NCBI GenBank assembly: GCA_051362555.1
Contig: CM120643.1
Span: forward strand, 20,650,848-20,714,847
Origin: Lingula anatina
Taxonomy: Eukaryota > Animalia > Brachiopoda
DNA: 64,000 bases
Direction: 5' to 3'
Shown here piece after piece: positions 1 to 11,900 of this stretch. The notes below the pieces were generated by a model. It was not told the DNA's origin and did no database searches. It saw nothing but the letters and a program-made list of their open reading frames with translations. The position numbers were made by a program, and so were the translations under genes. The stretch's first letter is position 1, and each line of letters starts with the position of its first letter.

Positions 1-622
1 AATCAAGTGAAGCAACTCTTTATACCATTTAGGAACACATGATTCTTTAAACAAGTCATGTCCGATATACACGATGCCCTGTGTGTAGTTTAAACCACCC
101 TACTCCCTAACTGGAAAAAACACCAGTCTTTTTAGTGAAACTGTACATTAACAACGTTTGGCACCACATAGCAATTAAACCCTTATCTTCCTTGTTTTAC
201 TGATGCAAAAAAACTCTCAGTGGCGCCACCTTCAATTGGCGCCCAGGGCACAGTGTCGTACCTGCTGTGTTCAAGATACCCACTGTGAAGACGGTCAACA
301 CATGCAATTTTACAGGTCAGCTGTAAAAGTTTTAAAATATTGACCCAAGACACAATTAGCCATGTTATGTGTCCATATTTGTTAATTTTGATTCCATCAT
401 CATTGATCATACCCGTGGTCATTTTATTTGTGTTTTATACAATTTAATATATAAAGTGGATTAAAATACTAACTATACATGGACCAATACATTAACTGGG
501 TAATCCTTATGTTTTGATCATTTTTATTTTAAGTGATTGTGCGTAGCATATAAAGATGGGAGTTGTATTTAAAGGATGTGTATTTGTCGGGTTGTGCCCT
601 GTATATATCATATCGTTATAAC

Positions 623-655
<33 letters not shown>
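623..655. repeat. (TAA)n microsatellite
   Basis: About 11 consecutive AAT/TAA units; explains the poly-Tyr in spurious ORF 507..728. Confidence 0.95.
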
Positions 656-2928
656 TCACTTTTAATGAAAAAATTAAAATGCCACCTTTAAAGAGTAAAT
701 ACAATACACTATTATTATTACAAGACATGAGAATAATTTAAAATTGCAACTTATAAGAGTAAAATACTTACCAACAATACTTCAAGATTTGCATATTAAG
801 GTCACTCGTTTTATTTATGAAAATATTTTTTAAGAAGTAATTGCAAGAGAAATACACCGGGGAAACCTGTAAGAAGTAATATGTTATGAGTCGATGTTTA
901 TTGGTCTATTTACCTCTGTTAATGCCGAGCCGAGGAAAGGCGCATTTCATCTTGAAGTTTAAACAGGAGATCCGGAATTCATCAAATCAAAAATGATTAT
1001 AACAGTCTGGATTTATAGCGCAATCGACTGTATTATTGCAATGCGATAATGTCGACGACGTCAAAAAAACAGCACTTAAAGATCGAAATTACCAAACTAT
1101 GTTGTACTGAGACTTCTGTGAGAAGCCGTCACAGTGATGGTTGATGAATTGGCAGATATATTGTACATTGTCTACAATGGGGGAAGATATTACCTCTATT
1201 TTTCACCGAGGATTTTAATTGAATTCCTGGTTTGTCAACAGGTTTGCAAGGGTTGCATGCACCAGGACTTCGGCCAATACAGAGAGTCATATCAGTTACG
1301 AATCAGAGATAAACCACAGTTAAAGGTGGCATAAACATGGATCAGAACATTAAAATAAGGAAATTGCAACCATACCTCTTTGCAGCACTGTAGATTAAAA
1401 TTGATACCAACCACAACAGGTGTAAAAAAAAAAAAAAAAACGCCACAAGTACATAACAGCTGAGCCATCAGTTTATGGTACATGTAATCAGCAGGCTACA
1501 GATGTTAGCAGAGTACTTTCTTTGAAACAGAAAGATATTCACTTCCTGGACGCTTATAAGTGGTTATCTGCTCGACGTTTTTGATATAAGAAATGTACCA
1601 TAATATGATTTTAAATAATACAAGCGTGTTACTATTATTCTTTCCACGATATGTTTATGACGTTTGGTGTATTCATTTCAACACTTACAACCATAAAACA
1701 TTTATACAGCAAAAGAGAAATTCTTATAGATTTTCCGCAATTTCCCCTTTCTCACCAAGATGTAGCAACCGTTTTCGAGTTCTAAACCGATAATTATTTA
1801 CCGTCACGAGTGAAAATCAACCATCTTTACCTCTATGTGTGAATGGCTGAAAAACTAGAAAGTAAGAATTGAAAAAAAAAACGGGATTGTCAATCGTAAT
1901 TATGTGAACGGTTTAGGATATATGGTATGTTGTGGTGATTGAGGGAAAGCAGTTGAAATAGCAAACTAAATTAATGTTTTGCCACATAAAAGTCTAACGC
2001 TCACTCTGTGGGCCTCCGTGTACCCTTACGTCTGCGACATTACGACTTTGGTGTTTTTCGCTACCTCTAGAGCTACATGTACTAATGAACGGCGCTGTAA
2101 GATAACACCAGCAAGTTGTATTGAGTGTTGTAATGACCAAAGTCAAGATTGATATATGCGATCCCCGTGGTTAAACATATTAATAAAAACATTGAAGACA
2201 ATCGCAATAGTGATATCGTGTTTTTGTCAGGAAATGATCCTCAAAATTGCAAATATGTAGGGCATAACTCTGACAGAAGATATTGATGATGGTTTTGTAC
2301 TGAGTCTTCACACGGTAGGTGGTCGTTTTTCAAAATGCCTTGTGTACTAGAAAAGGTGAAAAGTAGACGAAACACTTGCAAGTTAAAAGACAGAGAAAAA
2401 GTGAGAGAAAGAGCAAGCACACTTTACTTATTCGCAAGATGTTTCACTCACTAAAATTCACATACTATCGCTCAAGTCAAGACTGTAAGAGTTCACTTTA
2501 AACGAGGGGCTTTTCAAAATAAATGAAAAGGAAAAAACCCAACGATCGTGAGAGTTACGTTATCCAAAGTAAAATACTACGCAGGAACAAGTTGAACATA
2601 AACCACTTACAGCGCTTTTCAGAAACCCACGGGGCCGCGTGCAATACAAATTGCTCCACTATGTTTACTGCCTACAGATTAGTAGAACGATATGGAACAA
2701 TTTACGTGGAGGCGTGTCATGGCAAATGTCGCGAGTCATGTGGTAAGGAAAATAAACAGTTTAGAAAGAAACGCGTGTATATTGAGGTTAGGAATGTTGG
2801 CCTCAATCATTTGGCACGGAGGATTAAACAAAAACGCTCCAAAAATATCAACTACCGGTGTTATTTTGCGTGTAAAATAATTTGAGAACATTAAAACATA
2901 AATAGAAGCGAAAGGGCAGAATGATTAA

Positions 2929-4323
2929 AGGCCTACTGCGCTCTAGGAACACATAGCGTTCACTGCTTTTTTTACAGTATAAAAACTATAAATCCACGTC
3001 AAAAAATTGTTCTTTTTAAGTTTTAGAGAGAAAAGATGAGATTTAGATGAGAAAATTCTGATTGGTCAGTTTCTAGTGACGTAACCCGTGGAGTAGCTTC
3101 CCACAGCTGTACTAGTAATAGTATATACTATGCAGTAGGCGACTAAACATCCAGGTGTCAGAAAAACAAATGCCGCAAAGTTGTGTTGCTCCCGGGTGCC
3201 GTAATGTAGGTTACAATAAGAAAGACATCTGCTATTATATCCTGCCTGCGGATGCCGCTAAACGTAAAATTTGGCTCAATTCTCTGAAGTTAAAAAATCC
3301 CAGCACAGTGTCAAAACACGCGAGGATCTGTAGCGACCACTTCGAGCCGGAATGCTTCGTACGTACGTGACCTGCGAGCTGAATTGTGCGGTGGAAAAGC
3401 ACGGAGAAAACTAAAAGATGATGCTGTACCCAGTATATTCGATTTTTCGGAGTACCAAAATGCGACAGTAAATGCCAGAGGGCTGCCGACGAGAGTCTTA
3501 CCTGTAGGATGTGTGCATGATGCGGCCGTCGAAAGGAAGAAGAGAGCAGCTTCTAGAGCCCAAAAAATAGTTCGTAGCAGAATTACGTTGTCGAATTTTT
3601 TGGTTATGTTAGTGAAAACGTTAATATTAACATGATAGTTGAATCAAATTTTTACTCGACATACTGCTGCACTGATCACGTGTAAGGCAGAAGTAGCGAG
3701 GTAAGTTGCAGAGGTGTGAAATGTAGTGTCCGATGCTATCAGTCCGATATCTTTGGCCTTTTGTCCACTGACCTGGCTCTCCCGGAATGACACTGGTAAA
3801 CTGCACGGGTGTGAAAAATAATATTAGCTGTCACACCTGCATGTATTAGGTAACTTTCTCTTATCAGTCGGGATAAGAACGTTCAGCCGACGCGACAGAT
3901 GGGCAATGTGTGAAAAACTGTGTTCGCTGCCCTGCTTCCAAACCTTTACTGTTAACATAGTTTTGGTGTATTTTGTTGGTTAATAAATGATAACCACGTG
4001 GGGAATTCATCTTCTTTTGTGTATCTATCTTCAAAAGTTTGAATTTATAAATGATCATGTAGTGATCAATTGCGTGTATCGCTTTTAGTTTGCACTGCTA
4101 GCAAGCGGATAGCTGAATCGAATATGGCTTTCTGAGCCTTGACGCTAGTGACGTCACTCGCCTTAAAGCGCCACCACGCGGGAGTATCATAAACTACATT
4201 CACACCTGCATAAAATCGGCTTTAAAAACTAAATAAACGTAAGAACTTTTTTTTCATTACTCAAAAATGACTTTTGGGCACCTAACGGATAGTTTTAACC
4301 CGTTTTTTCATCACAGTATACCT
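2929..4323 (+). mobile_element. Kolobok-like non-autonomous DNA transposon (1395 bp) with TTAA target-site duplication
   Basis: TTAA at 2925-2928 and 4324-4327. Left end AGGCCTACTGCG versus reverse complement of right end AGGTATACTGTG (9/12 match). Both subterminal regions carry CTAGTGACGT(A/C)AC (~3073 and ~4145). Contains a THAP ORF. TTAA TSD, short imperfect TIRs and THAP fit the Kolobok superfamily. No DDE transposase ORF seen. Confidence 0.75.
3170..3635 (+). pseudogene. Frameshifted THAP zinc-finger (C2CH) domain ORF inside the Kolobok-like element
   Basis: MPQSCVAPGC...W...RICSDHF then LKDDAVPSIF (AVPTIF box) split over ORFs 3155..3370 and 3384..3635. Removing one ACGT from ACGTACGT (3361-3368) restores FVRDLRAELCGGKARRKLKDDAVPSIF. 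Confidence 0.85.
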
Positions 4324-5982
4324 TTAAAAGAACTGAGGGCACTGGGATCTAGCATAGGCACTCAACGCGAAAATACTGGGCAAAATGAAAGAAAGATGCA
4401 GCTGCATTAAATATTGACTAGTGGATATAATTTCCCTAACAACAGTGCTTCTTCCATATCAACTCTCACTGGTTTTGGGTTTATTTTTCTTTCTTTTTTT
4501 CCCTTTCATGCCAATAATAGAAAGTTCCTTGCACAATCAAATTAATTAAGACGACTGCATTTTCTTATTCATGTTAACAGATGACCTTATTCATAGCCAC
4601 GTATACAGTTGAATGGTATCAGTATTTCCCCTTTGAATCAACACAGGTTCAATTTCTACGCCATTGGGGTTCGGATATCTTGACGCCGTGAGACCGAGGC
4701 ACAAATTGTGATCATGCTGAGAGACAATGGGGACATATCTAGAACGCCAGGGGCGACATGAACCTTTGAGTGACGTCCCGCACTGGACGAAGCACTTAAA
4801 ATCTAGTGTTAAGATTTAACATTAATGGAATGGGAGGGAGGGGAGAGAATGAATGATAGAGTTGGTCCTTCACACGGGCAGTGTAAAAAAAGTAGGTTCC
4901 GCTACGAAAAGCAAAAAGGGTAACCCTTCTTATTGTTGTGAGATTTGCCTGATGCGAAACATCAAGAACAGCGTATACTTCTGCAAAAAATATACATAAG
5001 ATATTTTACGAAAGATGTGATATAATAATTTGTTTCTGATACTGATATGAGTTGAACATTTGAACAAATTGTACGGCTATATTTCTCTAAGAGTTACTTT
5101 AACTTGAAGCGCAAACTCCCCTCTCAGCATATTAAAACGCTGCTGTTCAATTGGAACTGATTACAATGCAATGGGGTCTTGTATTCACAGACCAGCACAT
5201 AAAAGAACGTCGTTATGGTCATTTTTCCAGGAGATCGTGAAGTGATCACAGACTGAAAGTGACTAACTGACCATTCGAACCAATGAAATTGTTCTGTATT
5301 AACCGCAAATTATTGGAGCAAATTGTGCATTAAGTTGGCTGAATCGTTTTGTCAGTCAGATTATGTGCACTGGCATATTGGCATATTAGCCGTGGTTCGT
5401 TTAATCATAAAAATGCCCCTATCGCCTTTGTTATCACTAATTGCGCTATGTTATACGAAGTTGGTTATACCATGAAGAAAAGGCTAGCTTACTTTAAGAC
5501 ACCGTCGTTTGCTGGTATCTGAGAAATTCACAAATTAATTTTCCCGTATAACTGTCAGTTGATGGTGCCACACAGTTATTTCAAGTAGTGCCAGACAATT
5601 AGAGACTGCTCAGCTGATATTGGTAATGACAAACACTTAGGTTTGGGTTCAGCATGTTGACTAGTTAAATTTCTTTTGATAAGGTTTGGGGAGATAAACT
5701 TGATAAACTTAATAAAAACAAGTGTGCCTCAACTAAAGCATTGGCAACAATTCGCCATTTTTTTTCTTTTTTGTCTTTTTACTTCGGAATTCTCAAGCGA
5801 CTCATTATTCACTCAGTATCAATAATACTTGTAAGTCAAACAGTTCCTATCCATAGCGTAATGACATCGAATTCAAATGACATCACAAAATTGTGTCATA
5901 ATTTCAGAAATATAACTGGAGATTATGACTGTTTTGACATTCGCTGGTTTACAGTGACATGTTTTGTCCTAACATCTTTCAG

Positions 5983-8900
5983 GCGCTTTCCTTATCCCTT
6001 ATTTCCTCATGCTGTTATTTGGCGCCCTTCCGTTGTTCTACATGGAGGTATGTCTTGGACAGTTCAATAGAGAGGGGCCCGTCACAGTATGGAAAGTGGT
6101 TCCAATATTTACAGGTATGTATGCCTCAGTATGACAAGTGGTTCCAATATTTACAAGTAGGTATGCCTCAGTATGGAAAGTGGTTTCAATATTTACAGGT
6201 AGGTATGCCTAAGTATAGAAAGTGGTTTCAATATTTACAGGTAGGTATGCCTAAGTATAGAAAGTGGTTTCAATATTTACAGGTAGGTATGCCTCAGTAG
6301 GGAAAGTGGTTCCAATATTTACAGGTAGGTATGCCTTAGTAGGGAAAGTGGTTTCAATATTTACAGGTAGGTATGCCTTAGTAGTGGTTCCAATATTTAC
6401 AGGTAGGTATGCCTCAGTATGGAAAGTGGTTCCAATATTTACAGGTAGGTATGCCTCAGTATGGAAAGTGGTTTCAATATTTACAGGTAGGTATGCCTCA
6501 GTAGGGAAAGTGGTTCCAATATTTACAGGTAGGTATGCCTCAGTAGGGAAAGTGTTTTCAATATTTACAGGTAGGTATGCCACAGTTTGGAAAATGGTTC
6601 TAATATTTACAGGTAGGTATGCCTCAGTATGGAAAGTGGTTCTTATATTTACAGGTAGGTATGCCTTAGTAGTGGTTCCAATATTTACAGGTAGGTATGC
6701 CTCAGTAGGGAAAGTGGTTCCAATATTTACAGGTAGGTATGCCTCAGTAGTGGTTCCAATATTTACAGGTAGGTATGCCTCAGTAGGGAAAGTGGTTTCA
6801 ATATTTACAGGTAGGTATGCCTCAGTAGGGAAAGTGGTTCCAATATTTTTAGGTAAGTATGCTTGCTTTGTTCAGTTACCTAGGAAGTGGTACACAAACC
6901 GTTGCATTTGGCGGTTCAAACCTGGAGCACATGTTTTGCAATTGGTATCACAGACCTGGTACACCTGCCCTGTAACCACAGACCTGGTACATGTACATGC
7001 CTTGTCAGTTCATACATTGTACAAATGCATTGGTAATTTAAACCTGGTACACATGCCTTGGCTGGTCAGAACTGGTAGCATTGCCGTAATTGGCAGATGA
7101 GACACCTGTAATGTTAGTTTGGACCTGGCACACATGCCTTAATGGCTAAAACTCTTTCTGTACGTACCTTGGCCGTTCAGATACCAACAAATTTTGGTAG
7201 TTCAGATTAGCCTAGTATACTCGAGGTAGTTAAGAACTTCTTTACATATTCACTGAATGTAGCTTAATATTGCTCTTGTATCAGATATGCAAAAGTAGAC
7301 CAAAGTATGCCACAAAAAAATTAACATCAGTGCAATATTGTAGATTTTAGCGGCATGATTGCTGGTGTGACGTCTATGTAGGGCATTCATATTGTAGGCT
7401 GATTTCGTGGTGGCTTTGAAGACGAAATGGAAATCTAAAAATAAGGTAGTTTTATTCTGCTCACATTATTTTAGTCTATATATATATATCCAGCCACTCG
7501 AGGTTTTCAGATTTTCGAAACATTCTTGGAAGTATACATTTCTTTTTGTTATTTTTAGGTGTCGGGTGGGCGGTGTGTCTCATAGCATACTACGTAGCTT
7601 TCTTCTACAATGTAATCTTAGCTTGGTCGTTGTATTACCTGGTGGGTTCATTCACGTCCGTGCTACCGTGGACCACGTGCGGTAACGACTGGAATGACTG
7701 CCAGTGCTGGGGCTCCAGTCAAAATGCCACGGATGTCATCACGTGCAATAACGTCACGCTGAATGTCACCACTTCACAGACGTCAGCCACACAGTACTTT
7801 GAGTGAGTCACAAAGGCGGATTTTATGTTTGGGAAGGGAGGCACTTATATACAAAACATATGTAACCCAAAATGCAAAAAGACATACCAATGTAATCAAA
7901 GTTGGTCAGAACAGCCGTCACAATTTCCATGAACATCACAACCAAACGCAATCAGAACATCGATTCCAATTTTTTGCAAGATGAATGCAAGGTGTATGCA
8001 AATGTTACCATGCTTTAAAAGCAAAATTGTTCGGAATAACTCCATTAGATCCATGGAAAATTATCTGTCGATTCAGATCACATATTTTATATTTGATTTT
8101 TTTTCAATGCATTTTTTTCAGACGTGGTATGCTTGGGATAGAAAGGAGCACAGGAATAGACGACCTAGGCGAGCCAAGATGGCAGCTAGTTCTGTGTCTG
8201 CTCGCGGTATTTCTCATCCTCTACTTTGCGCTGTGGAAAGGAGTTAAAACTTCTGGAAAGGTAATAAAGGATCATTGCAGGTCTGATGGGTGTTTTTGAA
8301 AATATGTTAGGGATCTTTTTCAAGTACTAATTTTTTTCTCCCGGAAGTTTTTTATCTTCAGTGACCGGCTAGATGAATACCACAGGCAGTGCAAATAACC
8401 TGTTTGCATGTATCGTAGGCCTGCCCCTACTACACTTGAATTTTATTCAGCATATTTTGTTCTTAGAAAAATAAAAAATGCATAAGTTGAAAAGTATCAA
8501 AAGTATGAGGAGATGCGCTTGACTGATACATGAAAAATATTAATACAAGTGCTTTCAGTCCGATGCTGTAATTAAGGTTTAAATGAATTGGATTTATTGT
8601 ACACTGCACTACTTAGAACTATTTATGAATACGGAGGCCCTACAGTTACATATATTTTCACATTTAAATATTATTATTTTCTGTACTTTTAGGTTGTGTG
8701 GGTAACAGCCACGTTACCATATATTATCCTACTGATCCTGCTAATCCGGGGGTTGTTGCTGCCCGGATCAGTGGAAGGAATCACTTACTTCATCGTACCA
8801 AAGGTGGAGCGGCTTGCGGATCCGCAGGTCGGTGAAAAATAACGCAGTTACTGTATCATTAATAGGGAGCTTGCATGTCTATTGCCCATTGTTGGTAAAT

Positions 8901-11900
8901 GTTCCACCATCAATACATTTGGTGGCACATGACATAAATTAGATAGCTGTTTTTACTATTCGACATGGTGACCGCCTGCAGCTTGTACCTTTCACACGCT
9001 AGTATACCGTTTTTGAACATGATTACATTTTATTTAGTCTATGTTAATGATGATGTCAGTGTTCTTTCAACAGCAATCTTTTCTGATTGATATTTTACAA
9101 TTTAACAAAATTTTGGAGGTGCGTCAAATGCAATATTTGATTTTGCACCGCAGGTATGGAACGACGCCGCCATTCAGGTGTTTTTCTCCGTAGGAGCTGG
9201 GTTTGGTGTTCACCTGGCGTATGCTTCGTACAATAAGTTCCATAACAATTGCTACAGGTGAGTCTAGATTATTTTAACTGTATTTTGATTCTAGTTTTTG
9301 ATTCTACATATATTGTGCACCCTAACTTTCAAAGGCTCCGTATCGTCATGCAGATAGCAGAGAGACGGAGTTTTAGGGACATCTTACACTCAGGGTGTTA
9401 TAACTGTTAAAAAGGAAAACTATCTCTCAACGGAAGTTTCAAATCAAGTTCAACTTTGACAAATTTATATCCATGTACAGCTGTTAATAAACCCCTCAAT
9501 TAACATACAAATCCAGAACGCCCTGCACTTGTGAGATTATTTTAAATAATTATTAAAAATAATGGAACGGTGCACGTTATAACTATAACTGATGAATGTG
9601 TTTAGCTTAAATATAGTAAATATATATTTCTCCATTTTTTCAGAGACTGTCTCATAACCGCAGGTGTAAACAGTTTTACGAGTATCTTCTCCGGGTTTGT
9701 TGTGTTCAGTTACCTTGGATACATGGCATTCAAGAAGAATACAGATATAGAAAAGGTAGCAGTGGACGGTAAGTTACCATGGTTACATGTGGTTACAGGT
9801 GGTACCCTCAGTTACCATGGTTACATGTGGTTACAGGTGTTACCCTCAGTTACCTTGGTTACATGGCTAAAAGTTCAGGCAAAAAGGGGTAACATAATTG
9901 AGACACAAAACCATTTTACATACTTGCAAAAAGATGCAATTTTCTATGAAGATGGAGCCACGAATATTGAGGAAAATACATAATATTCATCTGGAGGATA
10001 CTGACAAAACCAACAAGAAATTCTTTCAAAATTGTAATCTTATTCAAACTTTTTCGCTGTTTGTTTCAGGTCCAGGATTAGTGTTCATAGTGTACCCAGA
10101 AGCCATTGCCACTCTCCCCGGGTCCACAGGCTGGTCCATTATATTCTTCCTTATGTTGATGGCACTGGGACTGGACAGTGCAGTACGTTTAGGCCTACTA
10201 GTTTATGTTTTTGGATGATTTATAAGTTATCTTTTGTTTTCATATGGAAACCAGATCATTCCCGTTTGAAAATGTAAATTTCTATAGGAATGAGACAGAT
10301 GATAAAAAAAAACGAAAGAATAAGAAAATATATTATGAAAAGAAGAGAAAAAGAGCAAAAGTAAAAAAGTAAACTTGAATGGTGAAATGGAAACCTTCGA
10401 AATCAAAATCAAAATATGAACTAGAAAAGCACTCCGAGTGCGCAGACCTCCGCCAAGGCAGTAACAAAATTGTTATTATTATTGATTGATTATTGATCCG
10501 GATCACCACTCAAAACTAATCACTTCTAAGTTAACCCATTTATGGCCTACCCTGAAAATTCCATTGAAATTCATCCATAACTTTGATGACAAACAGAAAG
10601 ACAGAAAGACAGAAAGACAAACAGGGGTGAAAGCATAACCTCCTTGGCGGAGGTAATAACTATTATTATCATGTTTAATTTTTAAAGAGTGGGATGGAGA
10701 TTTATTTACTTCAAAGATAAAAAAAGATATTAATTCAAGCATGAAAGCACCTGTTTATTTATTCCCGCTTGTCTCTGTTTCAGATGGGCGGCATGGAATC
10801 TGTATTGACAGGAGTGAAAGACTACTACAGGCATTTCTTCAGCAAGTTTAAATACGGACGGGAAATGTTTACCTTCGTCATTATATTTTTCGCATTCGGC
10901 ATTGCCTTAATAAATATAACTTACGTAAGTAGGAGAGCAGCATATGTATGTGGATTTTAATTAATAGTTTTAATTCATATGAATTAAAATTTATATGAGT
11001 CTTATATTTTAAAAGAATATATGGCTTTAAATAGTGGCATGAAAGTGACTTTGTTTAAGTTGTGGTTTATGTTTATGGATTTAAGAACAAAATTAATAGA
11101 ACTTAAACTGCCTTGTCGTGCCTTTTTCTGTTTTTTTTTTGGCTTTAGGTCTTAAAACCAGTTCTGTTTGTAGCCGTTCTTGCTCGAGTACCAAAGCTAA
11201 ATTCTACTTCAAAATTAAGAAAAAATCCTCAAACAAAGTGACTGGTTTTACACCCATATTCGTATTTAAACTGGTAAGATATATATTTTTTCATTTATTT
11301 GACGTAAATTACTTTAAAAAAACTCATTCTATTGCTTATTCTTCCAGGGCGGCATGTATCCCTTTACCTTGCTGGAACAATTCTCTGCTGGCACCTCGCT
11401 GCTGTTTGCCGTCTTCACAGAAGCTGTGGCTGTGGCATGGTTTTATGGTACGATAAGACATATCAGTTCTTATTCAGTGCATTTAAAATTGAATTATCAA
11501 TTTCCTTACGTGTCCTATAATATTAGAGCTAGACTCGTCCAACATGCTATTTTAACACAAATATTTGCACAAAAAGTTATTGAATGCAAATGCCATTTGA
11601 ACTGTAGACTATTTAACAAAGAGTGACGAAACGTCCAGACTTGAAATCACTTCCAGGACACTAATATTTTGCCTAATATTCTTTTCTATTGCCTTTTTTA
11701 ATTATGGTCTAGACGTGGAAATTGATTAAAACAAACACAGTGCATGCGATGGAGCAGTTAATGCGCAATACCCAAAACTCTTGCGTTGGGGTAATGCCTC
11801 TGCTAGATACCCTTTTAATTACATTTCACCCTGGAATAATTCATTAATCTAAAGAACGAAAGAAATTAAATTTATAGATCTTTCTATGCGGCTATTCGTC

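Noticed and set aside
210-260. CAGTGGCGCC...GGCGCCC as a possible MITE end; also TTAAAGG starts at ~1320 and ~17108
   Set aside because: No matching opposite terminus or target-site duplication found.
2523-2885. 120-aa Cys/Lys-rich ORF
   Set aside because: No recognisable domain or supporting splice structure; probably a chance ORF.
1-5982. First coding exon of the SLC6 gene (TM1, WRFPY motif)
   Set aside because: Not found in the ORF track or by reading; presumably upstream of the window.
6251-7100. 278-aa and 110-aa repetitive ORFs as separate genes, or the array as a CRISPR locus
   Set aside because: They arise from the 42-bp intronic minisatellite; units are contiguous with no unique spacers, no cas genes are present and the context is eukaryotic.
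6880-7200. Degenerate ACCTGGTACACATGCC repeats after the minisatellite, and similar loose tracts at ~12050-12270 and ~32370-32500
   Set aside because: Real but too degenerate to define a unit or origin by eye.
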